From: Nanobdellota archaeon
GTDB lineage: Archaea > Nanobdellota > Nanobdellia > Woesearchaeales > UBA11576
NCBI GenBank assembly: GCA_042576705.1
Contig: JBHPEY010000003.1
Span: 3,438 to 67,437 of the forward strand
Reading direction: 5' to 3'
DNA: 64,000 nt
In this document: one piece after another, positions 1-10,330 of the stretch
How positions within the stretch are numbered: the first letter of the stretch is position 1
Layout of the letters: each line of letters begins with the position of its first letter
Notes under the pieces: generated by a model
Database searches by the model: none
Told to the model about the DNA's origin: nothing
The model's input: only the letters and a program-made list of their open reading frames with translations
Made by a program: the position numbers and the translations under genes

Positions 1-726
1 AGACTCTGAGAGTTTCTTCACCAGGTTCTCTTTTGTCTTTGGGTGCTTCTTTACCAGGCCTTTGAGGAGTTCCCTTACCTCTCTTCTGAATGCACCTACA
101 GAGCAGGGGCAGGGTTCGTATACAATGTCCCACTTCATGGCCTCTGTGAACTTTCGGATTTCATTGTTTGTGCAGAAGTATAATGGCTTTATGCGCGGGA
201 CGAACTTGGGGTCCTCTATCATGCCTGTCCTGGGGCCCATGTTTGCGAAGAGCTCTGGCTTGCCCTTGAAGAGGTTCATCAGTATGTTCTCTGCTTCGTC
301 ATCCAGGTTGTGGCCTGTGACTATCTTTGCTGCGCCCAGTTCTCTTGCTTTCTTGTTGAGAAGCCATCTCCTCACCACTCCGCAGATCGTGCAGTTGCCT
401 ATGCGGTCTCGCTCCTGGATTGTGGATCTTATGTAGCAGATTGAAGCGCCGTGTTCTTTCCTCAGGTCTATGAGGTTCAGTTTTATCTTATGTGTCTCGC
501 AGAACGTGCGTATGTTATTGAGGTTGCGGTCAGACCAGTCGCCCATCTTGAGGTCTATCATGAGGGCTTCTACATTGTAGCCTAACTTGTTGAGAAGGTA
601 GAGTGCTGTGGTTGAGTCTTTTCCTCCAGAGCAGGCTACAAAGACCTTGTCCTTTTTGGTCAGGAGGTTGTGGTCCTTGATTGTCTTGCGTATCTTCTTC
701 TCGAAATCCTTGATGATGTCAGGCAT
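1..726 (-). CDS. tRNA 2-thiolation protein, TtcA/Ncs6 family (runs off window start)
   Basis: Not in ORF track; manual translation from ATG 726: MPDIIKDFEKKIRKTI..., PP-loop SGGKDS, CTICG, TGHNLDDEAE, RIKPL, PCP. Confidence 0.85.
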   Translation of the reverse strand, partial: MPDIIKDFEKKIRKTIKDHNLLTKKDKVFVACSGGKDSTTALYLLNKLGYNVEALMIDLKMGDWSDRNLNNIRTFCETHKIKLNLIDLRKEHGASICYIRSTIQERDRIGNCTICGVVRRWLLNKKARELGAAKIVTGHNLDDEAENILMNLFKGKPELFANMGPRTGMIEDPKFVPRIKPLYFCTNNEIRKFTEAMKWDIVYEPCPCSVGAFRREVRELLKGLVKKHPKTKENLVKKLSES

Positions 727-791
727 GGCAGAATATTGTCTTTGTGCTGTTTATAACCTTTTCTACGTCTATTCCTGCAAAACATTTAAAA

Positions 792-1265
792 ATGGATTTT
801 GCCTTGCGTTTATATATGGCAGGTTCACTAGTCGTCCAGGTAATATCAATAGTTATCGTGGCAGGTTTGTTCCTTCTTATGGTACTGTGGAAGAAAGCGC
901 ACTATGTTATCGGCGGCCTCACGCTTTGTGCCATATCGACCCTCACAGTATTGTTCAAGATAGGCAAGACCACGTTTGATGTGGGGCAGTATCCTATTCT
1001 GCATTATGCTGTCTACTTCTTTGTGGCATTTGCAGGCAAGGACCTTATCAAGGAAGGGTTCAAGGAGAAGGAGAGTGCATTGAAATGGCCCAGCCTCATC
1101 CTGGGAGTGGTGTTGATTGTCATAACTACAATCCCTACGCTGAAGAAGATGCATGTGATTGAATGGGCGCTGCCAAAGAGTGTGTATGTGGATGCGTCAA
1201 TCTATGCTATTGCAGGGCTGTTCATGATAATCGGGGCGTTCACTATACTTGCTACAAAGGAATGA
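792..1265 (+). CDS. Hypothetical multi-pass membrane protein
   Basis: About 5 hydrophobic segments; start uncertain (792 or 816). Confidence 0.7.
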   Translation: MDFALRLYMAGSLVVQVISIVIVAGLFLLMVLWKKAHYVIGGLTLCAISTLTVLFKIGKTTFDVGQYPILHYAVYFFVAFAGKDLIKEGFKEKESALKWPSLILGVVLIVITTIPTLKKMHVIEWALPKSVYVDASIYAIAGLFMIIGAFTILATKE

Positions 1266-1297
1266 TAGTAGAAAAAGAAAATTATGGAAAGAAAAAA

Positions 1298-1861
1298 TTA
1301 AAACTCTACCTTGACATCCTTCTTGTCTGCTTCTGAGACCTTGTACATCTCTTTCGCAGTGAGCTTCATCATGTTTGCTATGACCATGTCTGGGAAGCTC
1401 TCTATTCGGATGTTGAAGGTGTTGCAGGAGTCGTTGTAGAACTCTCTCCTGTCTGCGAGCTCGTTCTCCAGTCCTGAGATTCGCTGCTGAAGGTGCATGA
1501 AGTTCTCATTGGCCTGCAGTTTCGGATAGTTCTCTGCAACTGCGAACAATGTCTTCAGTGCGCCGGTTATCTGGTTGTCTGCTTTGGCCTTTTCCGGCAT
1601 TGATTTTGCCTTGAGGAGAGCGCTTCTTGCGTTTGTTATCTCTGTGAGGACACCTTTCTCGTGCTTCATGTAGCCTTTTACAGAGTTGATGAGTTTTGGG
1701 AGCTCGTCTGATCTCTGCTTGAGGAGGACGTTTATGTTTCCCCAGGATTTCTTTATGTTGTTCTTCAGTCTTACTAGACTGTTGTATACGCCTACAATCC
1801 ATCCTATCAGGCCTAGTAAGACTAGGATGATTACGACGGTGACTATTATTCCGACTATCAT
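1298..1861 (-). CDS. lemA: LemA family protein
   Basis: N-terminal TM, YNSLV, AVAENYPKLQANENF..LQ..I...EN.LA..R.FYN. Confidence 0.92.
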   Translation of the reverse strand: MIVGIIVTVVIILVLLGLIGWIVGVYNSLVRLKNNIKKSWGNINVLLKQRSDELPKLINSVKGYMKHEKGVLTEITNARSALLKAKSMPEKAKADNQITGALKTLFAVAENYPKLQANENFMHLQQRISGLENELADRREFYNDSCNTFNIRIESFPDMVIANMMKLTAKEMYKVSEADKKDVKVEF

Positions 1862-1894
1862 TTTGTTACCTCCGATGTTCTTGATTGTTATGTT

Positions 1895-2037
1895 GGGCCT
1901 TTTTTCGCTTTTGGCCCTGAGCCTCTACTCCGCTTTTTGCTTTGCAAAAAGCTCCGCCTGGCCACGCAAGCAACTGCTACGCAGCAGCTTGCTCTCGAGG
2001 CACAGACGGTCTCAGGGCCAAAAGCTGCGTAGGCCCT
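1895..2037. repeat. Intergenic structured element, family A copy 1
   Basis: Closing IR CTTTTGGCCCTGAG/CTCAGGGCCAAAAG; core CTACTCCGCTTTTTGC..GCAAAAAGCTCCG shared with 16993 and 32727 elements. Confidence 0.7.
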
Positions 2038-2070
2038 TGTGTTGTTATCGTGAATGATTGATGTGTTATT

Positions 2071-2832
2071 TTAGTATATTCCTAACTGTAAAAGGAAAAG
2101 TGCAAGGCAAATGACAATCAAAGCTCCGCCGCCGAAGAGGCCACCTATCACTTTCCACTTGAATTTCTTAAGTACGCCTTCTTCAGAGCTGTCAGATATA
2201 TAGTAAATACCTTCGTCTCCTTTCTGGATCATTATGTCTTCTGTGTTCTGTTGGCCAGTGGCTTCCTCTACATGAGGGTTGTCGCCTGCGTGGCCTAGTA
2301 TGTATAGCTTATCCTTTGGAGCAATGTAGTATTCATAGTAGCGCATGTTCTTGTTTGTGCCTAGAAATGTCTCAAAGTTCAGACTGTTTTTCTTTAGGAA
2401 TTTCTGAACTACCTGTGGTGGGTCCTTGCGCCATCTTGACTGGTACTTGAAGTCTGGCGGGATGTCAATCTGGGCCTTTTGCGGCTGCACAAGGACCTTT
2501 CCTGTGCTGTCCTTCAGGAAGAATTCCTGCATGTCAGTGCCTGCCTTGAGCGTGTACCAGTAGCGGTGTTTTCCAGAGCCGCGCTCTTCCTTCACACTGT
2601 ACTTGTAGTAGACGCAGCTCTTGCCTGTGAGTGGGGACTTGAGCGTGGTCTTCTTTGCAGGGACCACATTACCTGCTATCTCTACCAGGCCCATGGCCAG
2701 GCCCCTTATCTTGGAGGTCGGCATGTTCTCTATCATGCGCTTTGTCTTGAACCATTTGAAGCCTTTGTAGAACAGAAAACCACCTATACCCATACCTGCA
2801 ATGCAATAGCCCAGAGACTCAAGGTCGACCAT
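2071..2832 (-). CDS. GIDE-domain membrane protein (LemA-associated)
   Basis: TMs at both ends, PTSKIR, SPLTGKSCVYY, F.L.D.TGKVLV.P; adjacent to lemA. Confidence 0.75.
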   Translation of the reverse strand: MVDLESLGYCIAGMGIGGFLFYKGFKWFKTKRMIENMPTSKIRGLAMGLVEIAGNVVPAKKTTLKSPLTGKSCVYYKYSVKEERGSGKHRYWYTLKAGTDMQEFFLKDSTGKVLVQPQKAQIDIPPDFKYQSRWRKDPPQVVQKFLKKNSLNFETFLGTNKNMRYYEYYIAPKDKLYILGHAGDNPHVEEATGQQNTEDIMIQKGDEGIYYISDSSEEGVLKKFKWKVIGGLFGGGALIVICLALFLLQLGIY

Positions 2833-2879
2833 ATCAGAGCGTTAGGGATGTTTATATTTAAATCTATTTGGTGTTTTGG

Positions 2880-4025
2880 TCATAGAAGTATGTTGAACAG
2901 GTATCCAAGCACCAGTATCTGCGGGACGGTTATTATCGGGAGCCAGATCGCTGCGCGTCGTCCTATGTTTGACCATATCAAGCCTATCTCTGTGTAGTCT
3001 GTGGCTACGCCTGCCATCAGGAACACAAAGCTGTTCCCGAATGCTCCTGTCTGCTTGAATATCTCGAATGCCATCGGGGCTGAGCCTTCTGAGCAGACCT
3101 CAATAATTGTTGCGAGGACGAGGACCACTATCATTCCCAGGGCTGTTGCGCCCATGTAGGCCACGAAGAAGTGCTGAGGGACATAGGCTCTTGCTATGCT
3201 CGCTATTATCATACCTATGAGTATCCACCACATCACCATCCTTGAGAGTGACCAGCTGCCTGACAGGACACCTTTGATGGTCGCTTTGTTGTTCTTTGCG
3301 TTGAAGTCGTATGCTTTCCAGCGCTTCTTCATGTCCTGTAGTATGGAGAAATCATGATGCTTGTCCTTGAGTCCGCACTTGTCACACTCTACCATCTTCT
3401 TGCGCTCCAGGATCTGGTAGATCAGTCCTGTTATTATCGCTATGACTATTGCGCTGAAGACTATGAACAGGGCTTTCCAGCCGAAAAAGCCGAAGAACAG
3501 GATTGTTATCGGGAAGTTTGCCCACGGGCTTGCCAGCAGGAATGCTATGACTGAGGATGTGTTTGCGCCTTTCTTGTACAGCTCCATCGCGATGGCAAGT
3601 ATGCCGTGGCTGCACGCGCTCATCAGGAAGCCGAACACCACTGAGTAGAAGATTGTGCGTTTCTTGTGCTGGCCCAGGTACTTTTCTATGTATGCTCTTG
3701 GGACGAGATGGTCGATGACTCCTCCCAGGAGCAGGCCTAGCAGGATTGCCCACCATATCAGTTTCAGGTAATCTACCAGTGCGTCGAAGAGTGGGTTCAG
3801 GAATGTTATCTGGTAAGATATCATGAAAAGCAGAACTGTCATGATTGTTATTATGTATAGTTTCTCCTTGTACCAGGGCTTTTTCTCGTGGGTGCTGCAA
3901 TCTGGACAGATCTCTTTTATCTTGTTCTTCTTCTCGTACTTCTTTATGCAGTTCTCACTGCAGAAATAATGGCCGTGCGCTTTTATACGGCCTTTCATGC
4001 CGCAGATTGGGTCGATTTTTTCCAT
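2880..4025 (-). CDS. DUF318/ArsP-type permease with N-terminal YHS/TRASH-like motif
   Basis: DPICGM..FCS..C; ACSHG, FLLASP, VCSEG; about 8 TMs. Confidence 0.85.
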   Translation of the reverse strand: MEKIDPICGMKGRIKAHGHYFCSENCIKKYEKKNKIKEICPDCSTHEKKPWYKEKLYIITIMTVLLFMISYQITFLNPLFDALVDYLKLIWWAILLGLLLGGVIDHLVPRAYIEKYLGQHKKRTIFYSVVFGFLMSACSHGILAIAMELYKKGANTSSVIAFLLASPWANFPITILFFGFFGWKALFIVFSAIVIAIITGLIYQILERKKMVECDKCGLKDKHHDFSILQDMKKRWKAYDFNAKNNKATIKGVLSGSWSLSRMVMWWILIGMIIASIARAYVPQHFFVAYMGATALGMIVVLVLATIIEVCSEGSAPMAFEIFKQTGAFGNSFVFLMAGVATDYTEIGLIWSNIGRRAAIWLPIITVPQILVLGYLFNILL

Positions 4026-4037
4026 GATTTCTCTTGC

Positions 4038-4463
4038 TCATCCCTTGACGAAAAGTCCGCACCAGCATTCACCTTTCTCTTTCCAGGTCTCGTGGGTCTT
4101 GAAGTTGCATGGGCAGATAAGCTCCAGGTCCCTTGGCCTTGAACCGTCGCGCAGCCTGCACGGGCAGAGCTTCAGGCCGAACTTGTCCTCGTTCTTGTAG
4201 ACGCCTTCAAGCACTGTGTCGACGTGTTCTTTGTCAGGGTTCAGGATGAAATCGTTCTTTTGGGTGAAGTTTTCCCAGGCTGTGCGTGTCTGTTCAGGCT
4301 CCAGGTTGGTGCCGCCTTCTGCGCTGATGAGGTTCCTTGCTTCGTTCTCTGAGATCTCGCAGTATGCGTTCTTCATTCCGCATGTCGGGCAGGTCTCGGG
4401 GCCTGCGTTGCCGTGATGGATGTCATTGCAGACATTGCATCGCCAGAATTTCTTACCGGTCAT
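4038..4463 (-). CDS. Rubredoxin-like domain fused to ferredoxin-thioredoxin reductase catalytic domain
   Basis: WRCNVC..CPTCG followed by CPC, CPC, CWC. Confidence 0.85.
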   Translation of the reverse strand: MTGKKFWRCNVCNDIHHGNAGPETCPTCGMKNAYCEISENEARNLISAEGGTNLEPEQTRTAWENFTQKNDFILNPDKEHVDTVLEGVYKNEDKFGLKLCPCRLRDGSRPRDLELICPCNFKTHETWKEKGECWCGLFVKG

Positions 4464-5287
4464 TATTCTATGACTTCGACATACTCAGGAATAGTATCCT
4501 TGGCGAATGCCTTCATGCCTTCCATCGTCTTCGTATGGTCCAGCAGCTTCTTTATCACGCTGAAAGGGATTGTCGCAAGATGTGCTCCTGCAAGCGCACA
4601 CTCCCTTACCTGGCGGGTGTTCCGCAGGCTGGCTGCCAGGACCTCGCACGTGTCTATCCCGTGCTGTTCGAATATCTCCACGATCTCAGCGACGAGCTCT
4701 ACACCTGAGACCATTCCGTTGTCATTCAGCGTCTTGTTGTCTTTTTCCATGCCTTCTGCAGGGAAGTAAGCGCTTTTGTCGAACTCCATGCCCTGGCTCT
4801 TGCGTATGAAATCATCTATGCGGCCTGCGAAAGGGCTGACGAACTTCGCTCCAGCCCTTGCAGCGAGCAGGGCCTGCTCTGGAGTGAATACTAATGTGCA
4901 GTTCACAGGGATGCCTTCTTTTGAAAGGTCCTTTATAGCCTTTATCCCGTCGTACTCTTTGTTGTCGCCAGGCTCCATCGAAGGATTCACAGGGATCTTG
5001 ATGTACACGTTGTCCGCTACAGGGTTGAACTTCTCGAAGATCTTCTTCCCTTGTTCCACCATGCCTCTGTAGCTCGTCTCTGTGACCTCAAGGCTTACTG
5101 GAGTGCCTTTCGCTGTGAGCAGGATGTCCTTGATGTATCCTTCCATGTCTACTTTCTCGCCTTTCTCTTTCAGGATGTCGACGGCTTTCTTTATCAGGCT
5201 TGGATTGGTTGTCACGCCATCCACTACGCCGCCTGAGTATGCGTATCTTATCTCTTCAATGTTTGCAGAATCTACAAATATCTTCAT
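4463..5287 (-). CDS. tal: Transaldolase (TalC/FSA-like)
   Basis: KIFVDSA, GVTTNPSL, YIKIP, VSPFAGRIDD, LAASLR. Confidence 0.93.
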   Translation of the reverse strand: MKIFVDSANIEEIRYAYSGGVVDGVTTNPSLIKKAVDILKEKGEKVDMEGYIKDILLTAKGTPVSLEVTETSYRGMVEQGKKIFEKFNPVADNVYIKIPVNPSMEPGDNKEYDGIKAIKDLSKEGIPVNCTLVFTPEQALLAARAGAKFVSPFAGRIDDFIRKSQGMEFDKSAYFPAEGMEKDNKTLNDNGMVSGVELVAEIVEIFEQHGIDTCEVLAASLRNTRQVRECALAGAHLATIPFSVIKKLLDHTKTMEGMKAFAKDTIPEYVEVIE

Positions 5288-5317
5288 GTTATCAACCCCT
5301 CTATCGATTATATATGA

Positions 5318-7099
5318 TTATCTTCTTGTGATCTTCTTCACAGCAGCTTCTATTGCTTTTGCGTCGATTTTGAACATCCTTCGTAGCTGTCCGGGCTTGC
5401 CTGATCTTGGCGTGCCCCTGACATAGAGCTGCTCGACCTTGCCGACAGCTTCAGCGACGACAGATCCTATGCCGCCGAAGTAATGGTCCTCGACTGTGAT
5501 GACTCTGTTTTTGCATTCTTTTGCGTTCCTTATGAGTGCTGCCTTGTCGACAGGTTTCACTGAATAAAGATCGATTACCCTGATGTTAATCCCTTTTTTC
5601 TTCAGGTTCCCATGCGCTTTCAATGCTTCATGCACTGTCTCTCCTGCACCGATGACCAACACCCTGTCCTTCCCGCTCCTGCGCAGGACCTTCAGTTTCC
5701 CTATCGGGAACTTCTCTGTCCTTTTGTATATGGTTGGTGTCTTCTCTCTTGTCGTCCGCAGGTATGCGAGGCCTTTGTGCCTTGCCATCTCTTTTGTGCA
5801 GTATTCTGCAGAGACTGCGTCGCAGGGATAGAGCACCACGCTGTCAGGAATCCCCAGGTACATAGATAGGTCCTCAAGACCCATCTGGCTCGGGCCGTCC
5901 TCGCCTATGCTCACTCCGGCATGGGACCCGACAATCTTGATGTTTGCCCTTGAGTATGCTGCCATGCGGATGAAATCATGCGCGCGTGTCAGGAACGTCG
6001 CGAATGTGCTGACAAAAGGCACAAATCCCTGGGTCGCGAATCCTGCAGCCATGCCGACCATGTTCTGCTCTGCGATGAAAGACTCGAAACCTCTCTGAGG
6101 GAATGTCTTGCAGAACTCGAGCGTCATTGTCGAGTTCTTGACATCACCATCGACTGCTACGATGTTGTCGTTCTTGAGGCCGAGATGTACAAGGGCTTTT
6201 CCGAATGCACCCCTTGTCGCGACCATCTCACCCTGTTGGTATCTGCTTATCGGGACATCCTTTATCTTTACAGGTGTCGGTCTGACATAGGCAACTTTTG
6301 AAGAGAGAGATATCTTTGCAGGGCCGATCCCGTCGATGGCTTGCGCAGCCTCCTCCTTGTTCAGTGTCTTCCCATGCCAGCCTTCCTTGTTCTCAATGAA
6401 GGGTATACCTTTGCCTTTGATTGTCCGCGCTATTATGGCGAAAGGCTTGCTGCTGTGCCTTGCCTGCTTCAGTGCATTGCGCAGCTCCTTGACATCATGG
6501 CCGTCGACCACTTTCGCGTTCCAGCCGAATGCCTTGAATTTTTTACTGTATGCCTGCGTGTTGTGGCCGTGCATTGTCGGCTGTGATTGGCCCAGCCTGT
6601 TGCAGTCGATAAATGCTACCAGGTTGTTGAGCCTGAAATACGCGGCGCTGTTCGCTGCTTCCCAGGTGCTGCCTTCGAACGACTCGCCGTCGCCCATCAG
6701 CACATAGATACGGTCTTTGTTCTTCTGGAGGCGCTTTGCGAGCGCCATGCCGACGCCTGCAGACAGGCCCTGGCCCAGGCTGCCTGTGGCGATCTTTATC
6801 ATCTTCATTCGCGGGGTGGGGTGGCCTTCGAGCTCGCAGTCGATCTTCCTAAGGTCCAGCAGTTCTTTTTTAGGTATTATTCCTGCTTCTGCGTAAGCTG
6901 CCCAGAGTATCGGCGCTGCATGGCCCTTTGACATTATGAACTCGTCATCCTTCTTGAGTTCGTCGAAGAAAAGAGTGCTCATGATCTCTGCGCAGGAACA
7001 GCATGACGTCGGGTGTCCTGATCCTGCGGCTGTGGTGGCTTGTATGCTGTGTATCCTTAGCCTGTTGGCCATCAGCTTAAGTGAGTCACTCTTGTCCAT
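5318..7099 (-). CDS. tkt: Transketolase, single chain
   Basis: SGHP, SKGHAAP, TGSLGQG, GDGE TPP motif, IAEQNMVG, GEDGPSQ. Confidence 0.95.
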   Translation of the reverse strand: MDKSDSLKLMANRLRIHSIQATTAAGSGHPTSCCSCAEIMSTLFFDELKKDDEFIMSKGHAAPILWAAYAEAGIIPKKELLDLRKIDCELEGHPTPRMKMIKIATGSLGQGLSAGVGMALAKRLQKNKDRIYVLMGDGESFEGSTWEAANSAAYFRLNNLVAFIDCNRLGQSQPTMHGHNTQAYSKKFKAFGWNAKVVDGHDVKELRNALKQARHSSKPFAIIARTIKGKGIPFIENKEGWHGKTLNKEEAAQAIDGIGPAKISLSSKVAYVRPTPVKIKDVPISRYQQGEMVATRGAFGKALVHLGLKNDNIVAVDGDVKNSTMTLEFCKTFPQRGFESFIAEQNMVGMAAGFATQGFVPFVSTFATFLTRAHDFIRMAAYSRANIKIVGSHAGVSIGEDGPSQMGLEDLSMYLGIPDSVVLYPCDAVSAEYCTKEMARHKGLAYLRTTREKTPTIYKRTEKFPIGKLKVLRRSGKDRVLVIGAGETVHEALKAHGNLKKKGINIRVIDLYSVKPVDKAALIRNAKECKNRVITVEDHYFGGIGSVVAEAVGKVEQLYVRGTPRSGKPGQLRRMFKIDAKAIEAAVKKITRR

Positions 7100-7727
7100 C
7101 TCTTTCCACCTCTTTTTTCAGCTCTGCAATCGCGGATTTTGGGTCATCAGCTTTTATTATGAATGAACCTGAGACAAAAAGATTTGCACCTGCGTCTGCG
7201 GCGAGTTTTATAGTGTCCTTGTTTATGCTGCCGTCTACTTCTATGTCGATGCCTGGCGCCAGCTTCCTCAATTCCCTGACCTTGTCCAGGGTCTCTGGCA
7301 GGAACTCTGCGCCATATGTGCCAGGATTAACTGTCATGACAAGCACCTGATCAATCCTGTCCAGGTAAGGTCTTATCAGCTCGACAGGGGTCTCTGGATT
7401 CAGGGCGAAGCCCACGCGCCTGCCTTTCTGTCTGACCATCTCGATGATCTCTGCAGGGTCATTGCAGGCCTCGATGTGCGCCAGTATCGTATCGGCTTTA
7501 TCTGCCTTGAGTTCAATCCAGTTCTTCGGATTGCTGACCATGAGATGGGCTTCGTAGTTTGCTTCTGGAAGCCTGAAATCAAAATCCAGAGAATGGTTCT
7601 TGACGAAGACGCCGTCCATGATGTCCAGCTGGAACAGGTCTGTAGCGTCCTTTACATTGTCCATCAGCTTGTCAAGCTCTTCCTGTGATGCTGCGATCAG
7701 TGAAGGCACTATCCTCTTCTCAGTCAT
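7086..7727 (-). CDS. rpe: Ribulose-phosphate 3-epimerase
   Basis: PSL, DIMDG.FV.N, HLMV, MTVNPG, EVDG; ATG 7727 overlaps rpiB stop (ATGA). Confidence 0.93.
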   Translation of the reverse strand: MTEKRIVPSLIAASQEELDKLMDNVKDATDLFQLDIMDGVFVKNHSLDFDFRLPEANYEAHLMVSNPKNWIELKADKADTILAHIEACNDPAEIIEMVRQKGRRVGFALNPETPVELIRPYLDRIDQVLVMTVNPGTYGAEFLPETLDKVRELRKLAPGIDIEVDGSINKDTIKLAADAGANLFVSGSFIIKADDPKSAIAELKKEVERDGQE

Positions 7728-8167
7728 GTTCTCTCGAGCCTCTTTATCTTTGCTATCCTTTGCTTGTGCCTGGGACTGTTGCTGAAGGGGGTCTTCAGCC
7801 AGATGTCTATGATCTTTTCTATCTTGTCGAGCGGGAATCGCCTTCCTCGGAGGCATAGGACATTGGTGTCGTTGTCCTGGCGGGACATCCTGGCTGTGTA
7901 GGTGTCATACGCGGCAACAGCGCGGACGCCTTTCACCTTGTTGGCTGCGATCGCCATGCCTGTGCCAGAGCCGCAGACCAGGAGTCCTTTGCCTGTCCTG
8001 CTTTTCGCGACCTTTCCTGCGACCTTCTTTGCGATGTCAGGATAGTCTATGCTCTTTGTCGAGTCAGTTCCCATATCTTCGAAAGGGATGTTCTTTTTTT
8101 GCAGAAATCTCTTCAGTTTCTCTTTTGTGCTGAAACCAGCATGGTCAGATCCTATTATGATATTCAT
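7724..8167 (-). CDS. rpiB: Ribose-5-phosphate isomerase B
   Basis: GSDHAG, DYPD, CGSGTG..IAANK..GVRA, N..NVLCL. Confidence 0.95.
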   Translation of the reverse strand: MNIIIGSDHAGFSTKEKLKRFLQKKNIPFEDMGTDSTKSIDYPDIAKKVAGKVAKSRTGKGLLVCGSGTGMAIAANKVKGVRAVAAYDTYTARMSRQDNDTNVLCLRGRRFPLDKIEKIIDIWLKTPFSNSPRHKQRIAKIKRLERT

Positions 8168-8294
8168 CTTATCAACCCTTTTTCTCAACAGTGAGATTGT
8201 TTTTATCTATATCCACTATCAGATGTTCTGTTCCTTAAAAAAGTTACTGAATGATCAAAACATTGGAGAGCATCTGTTGTCTGTTTCTTGATTG

Positions 8295-8675
8295 TCAATC
8301 TGATTTCCACAGGCCGTGAAGGTTGCAGAACTCCCTTGCTGTGATGTTGTCAGCGCTGATCTCGAATTCAGCCTCTGGCGGTTCACCTGGCTTCAGGAAC
8401 TTACGATAGCTCAATCCTTTGTCTGTAATGACCTGTATCCATTCTATATGGTGAGCTTCCTCCATAGGATGCTCTACAGAACCGACCTTGATATTGAATC
8501 CTTTTTCTGTCTTCTCTACGACAGGCACGTGCTTCTCAGTGGCAGCGTCTGTGGTGTTCTCCTTGAGAAGCTCCATCGGCTGGTTGCAGCATACCAGTTG
8601 TCCTGTGCTTGCGTGCACGACATCTACAATGTTGCCGCAGACATTGCATTTATAGATCTGATTAAGTTCTGTCAT
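8295..8675 (-). CDS. dfx: Desulfoferrodoxin (2Fe superoxide reductase)
   Basis: CNVCGN..CC, EKHVP, HPM, HHIEWI, CNLHG. Confidence 0.95.
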   Translation of the reverse strand: MTELNQIYKCNVCGNIVDVVHASTGQLVCCNQPMELLKENTTDAATEKHVPVVEKTEKGFNIKVGSVEHPMEEAHHIEWIQVITDKGLSYRKFLKPGEPPEAEFEISADNITAREFCNLHGLWKSD

Positions 8676-8710
8676 TTTCACACCTCATGATCCTGATTTT
8701 TTATTCTTCC

Positions 8711-9619
8711 TTATTCTTCTTCTTTGTGTGCAAGGTATCTTGCAGCCTTGATGAGCGCCATGCAACCCTGGCCGGCAGCGATCACGTACTGGTACTCGTG
8801 GCCTGCGGCGCAGTCTCCTGCGGCGAATATCCCTGGGACGCTGGTGTGGCCCTGGCAGTCGATCTCGATATGATTGTGGTCGTCGAGCTTCAGCAGGTCC
8901 TTGAACGGTTCTGTGTTCGGCACGCGGCCGATCTCTATTATCACGCCCTGTAGTTCCAGTTGCTTCTCTTCATCACCCTGCTTGTACTTCATTCCACTCA
9001 CGAACTGATCTCCCCGTATCTCTGTGGTGTCTGCGTTGAACAGGATATCGACCTTGTCGTTCTTCTTGACCTGCTCTATGAGATACTCATGGCCTGTAAA
9101 GCTGTCGCCGCGGACAAGCAGGTACATCTTTGACACGATGTCCTTCAGGAAGTCTACAGCCTCGAGGGCAGCGTCTCCGCCACCGACCACTGCCACTGTC
9201 TTCCCTGCAAAGAGCGGACCGTCGCAGATAGAGCAGTATGTGACACCGCGCTTTGCGAATTTGTCTTCACCAGGCACGCCTAGCTTCCTTGCCCTTGCGC
9301 CGGATGCTACTATGACTGTCTTGGTGTCATACTCGCCCTTGTCTGTGGTGACCTTGAAGTTCGTGCCTTCCCTGGTGACTGTCTTGACAGTCTCTGTCTT
9401 GACATCCACCTTGTTGAACTTCATCTGCTCTTCCATGGTCATGGCAAAATCCACGCCCGTGGTCTTGACGATGCCAGGGTAGTTCAGGACCTCTCCGCTC
9501 ACCATGAACTGGCCGCCGGGCTCAGAGGTGAATATCTCGAAATCAATCTTCTTCCTTGCGGCGTACATGGCGGCGGTCATGCCTGCGATCCCGCCTCCAA
9601 TTATTATCGTGTCGTGCAT
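8711..9619 (-). CDS. trxB: Thioredoxin reductase
   Basis: GGGIAG, CSICDG, GGGDAA, TSVPGIFAAGD. Confidence 0.92.
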   Translation of the reverse strand: MHDTIIIGGGIAGMTAAMYAARKKIDFEIFTSEPGGQFMVSGEVLNYPGIVKTTGVDFAMTMEEQMKFNKVDVKTETVKTVTREGTNFKVTTDKGEYDTKTVIVASGARARKLGVPGEDKFAKRGVTYCSICDGPLFAGKTVAVVGGGDAALEAVDFLKDIVSKMYLLVRGDSFTGHEYLIEQVKKNDKVDILFNADTTEIRGDQFVSGMKYKQGDEEKQLELQGVIIEIGRVPNTEPFKDLLKLDDHNHIEIDCQGHTSVPGIFAAGDCAAGHEYQYVIAAGQGCMALIKAARYLAHKEEE

Positions 9620-9630
9620 TTTTCTGAAGC

Positions 9631-9897
9631 TTAAGCGGTTGCTTTCTCTTCGCTACCTGCATCCATCGCTTTGAGTTCTGCCTCGATCGCTTCCTGGTTG
9701 AAGCCCACTATCATCTTGCCGTTGATCTCTGTCTGGGGCACGCCCATCTGGCCGGACTTCTTTATCATCTCCTGAGAAACAGCCTGGTCGGCAGAGACAT
9801 CTATGTCGTCGTACTTGACCCCTTTCTCGTCAAGCCATGCCTTGAGCTTCTTGCACCAAGGGCATGTGGGTGTTGAATAGATTTTTATATCAGTCAT
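9631..9897 (-). CDS. Glutaredoxin/NrdH-like protein
   Basis: CPWC, GQMGVP, IVGF; GAGGTG SD upstream of ATG 9897. Confidence 0.9.
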   Translation of the reverse strand: MTDIKIYSTPTCPWCKKLKAWLDEKGVKYDDIDVSADQAVSQEMIKKSGQMGVPQTEINGKMIVGFNQEAIEAELKAMDAGSEEKATA

Positions 9898-9931
9898 TTT
9901 GTGCACCTCTTGATTATTGTATATCGTATTA

Positions 9932-10330
9932 TCATCTACAGGACTTGCAAAGCCCCCTGAATATGATCGTGACGCAATTCGGTTCAAAGTATCTTGACCT
10001 TATCCTCTTCATCGCATGGTCTGAGATCTCTGTCTGCATGACATCCATTATCTTTCCGCAGCTCTCGCACACGCAGTGCTGGTGTCCGCAGACGTCGCCG
10101 TCAAAGCGGTACTCGCCGTTGATCTCGAGCTTGAGTATCTGGCCTTCTTCTGCGAGAAGGTTCAGATTGCGGTAGACAGTACCCAGGCTTATCGCGGGAA
10201 GGTCCTTCTTCACGGTGTTGTAGACCATCTCTGCTGAGGGGTGGGTCTTGACGCTCTTCAGGAACTCCAGTATCTTTATGCGCTGGCTTGTCATGCGCCT
10301 TCCCGGCCTGTTTTGTTTATTGAGAACCAT
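9932..10330 (-). CDS. Fur-family regulator (PerR-like)
   Basis: TSQR..IL, HPSAE, SLGTVYRNL, HQHCVCESCG, CKSC. Confidence 0.92.
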   Translation of the reverse strand: MVLNKQNRPGRRMTSQRIKILEFLKSVKTHPSAEMVYNTVKKDLPAISLGTVYRNLNLLAEEGQILKLEINGEYRFDGDVCGHQHCVCESCGKIMDVMQTEISDHAMKRIRSRYFEPNCVTIIFRGLCKSCR

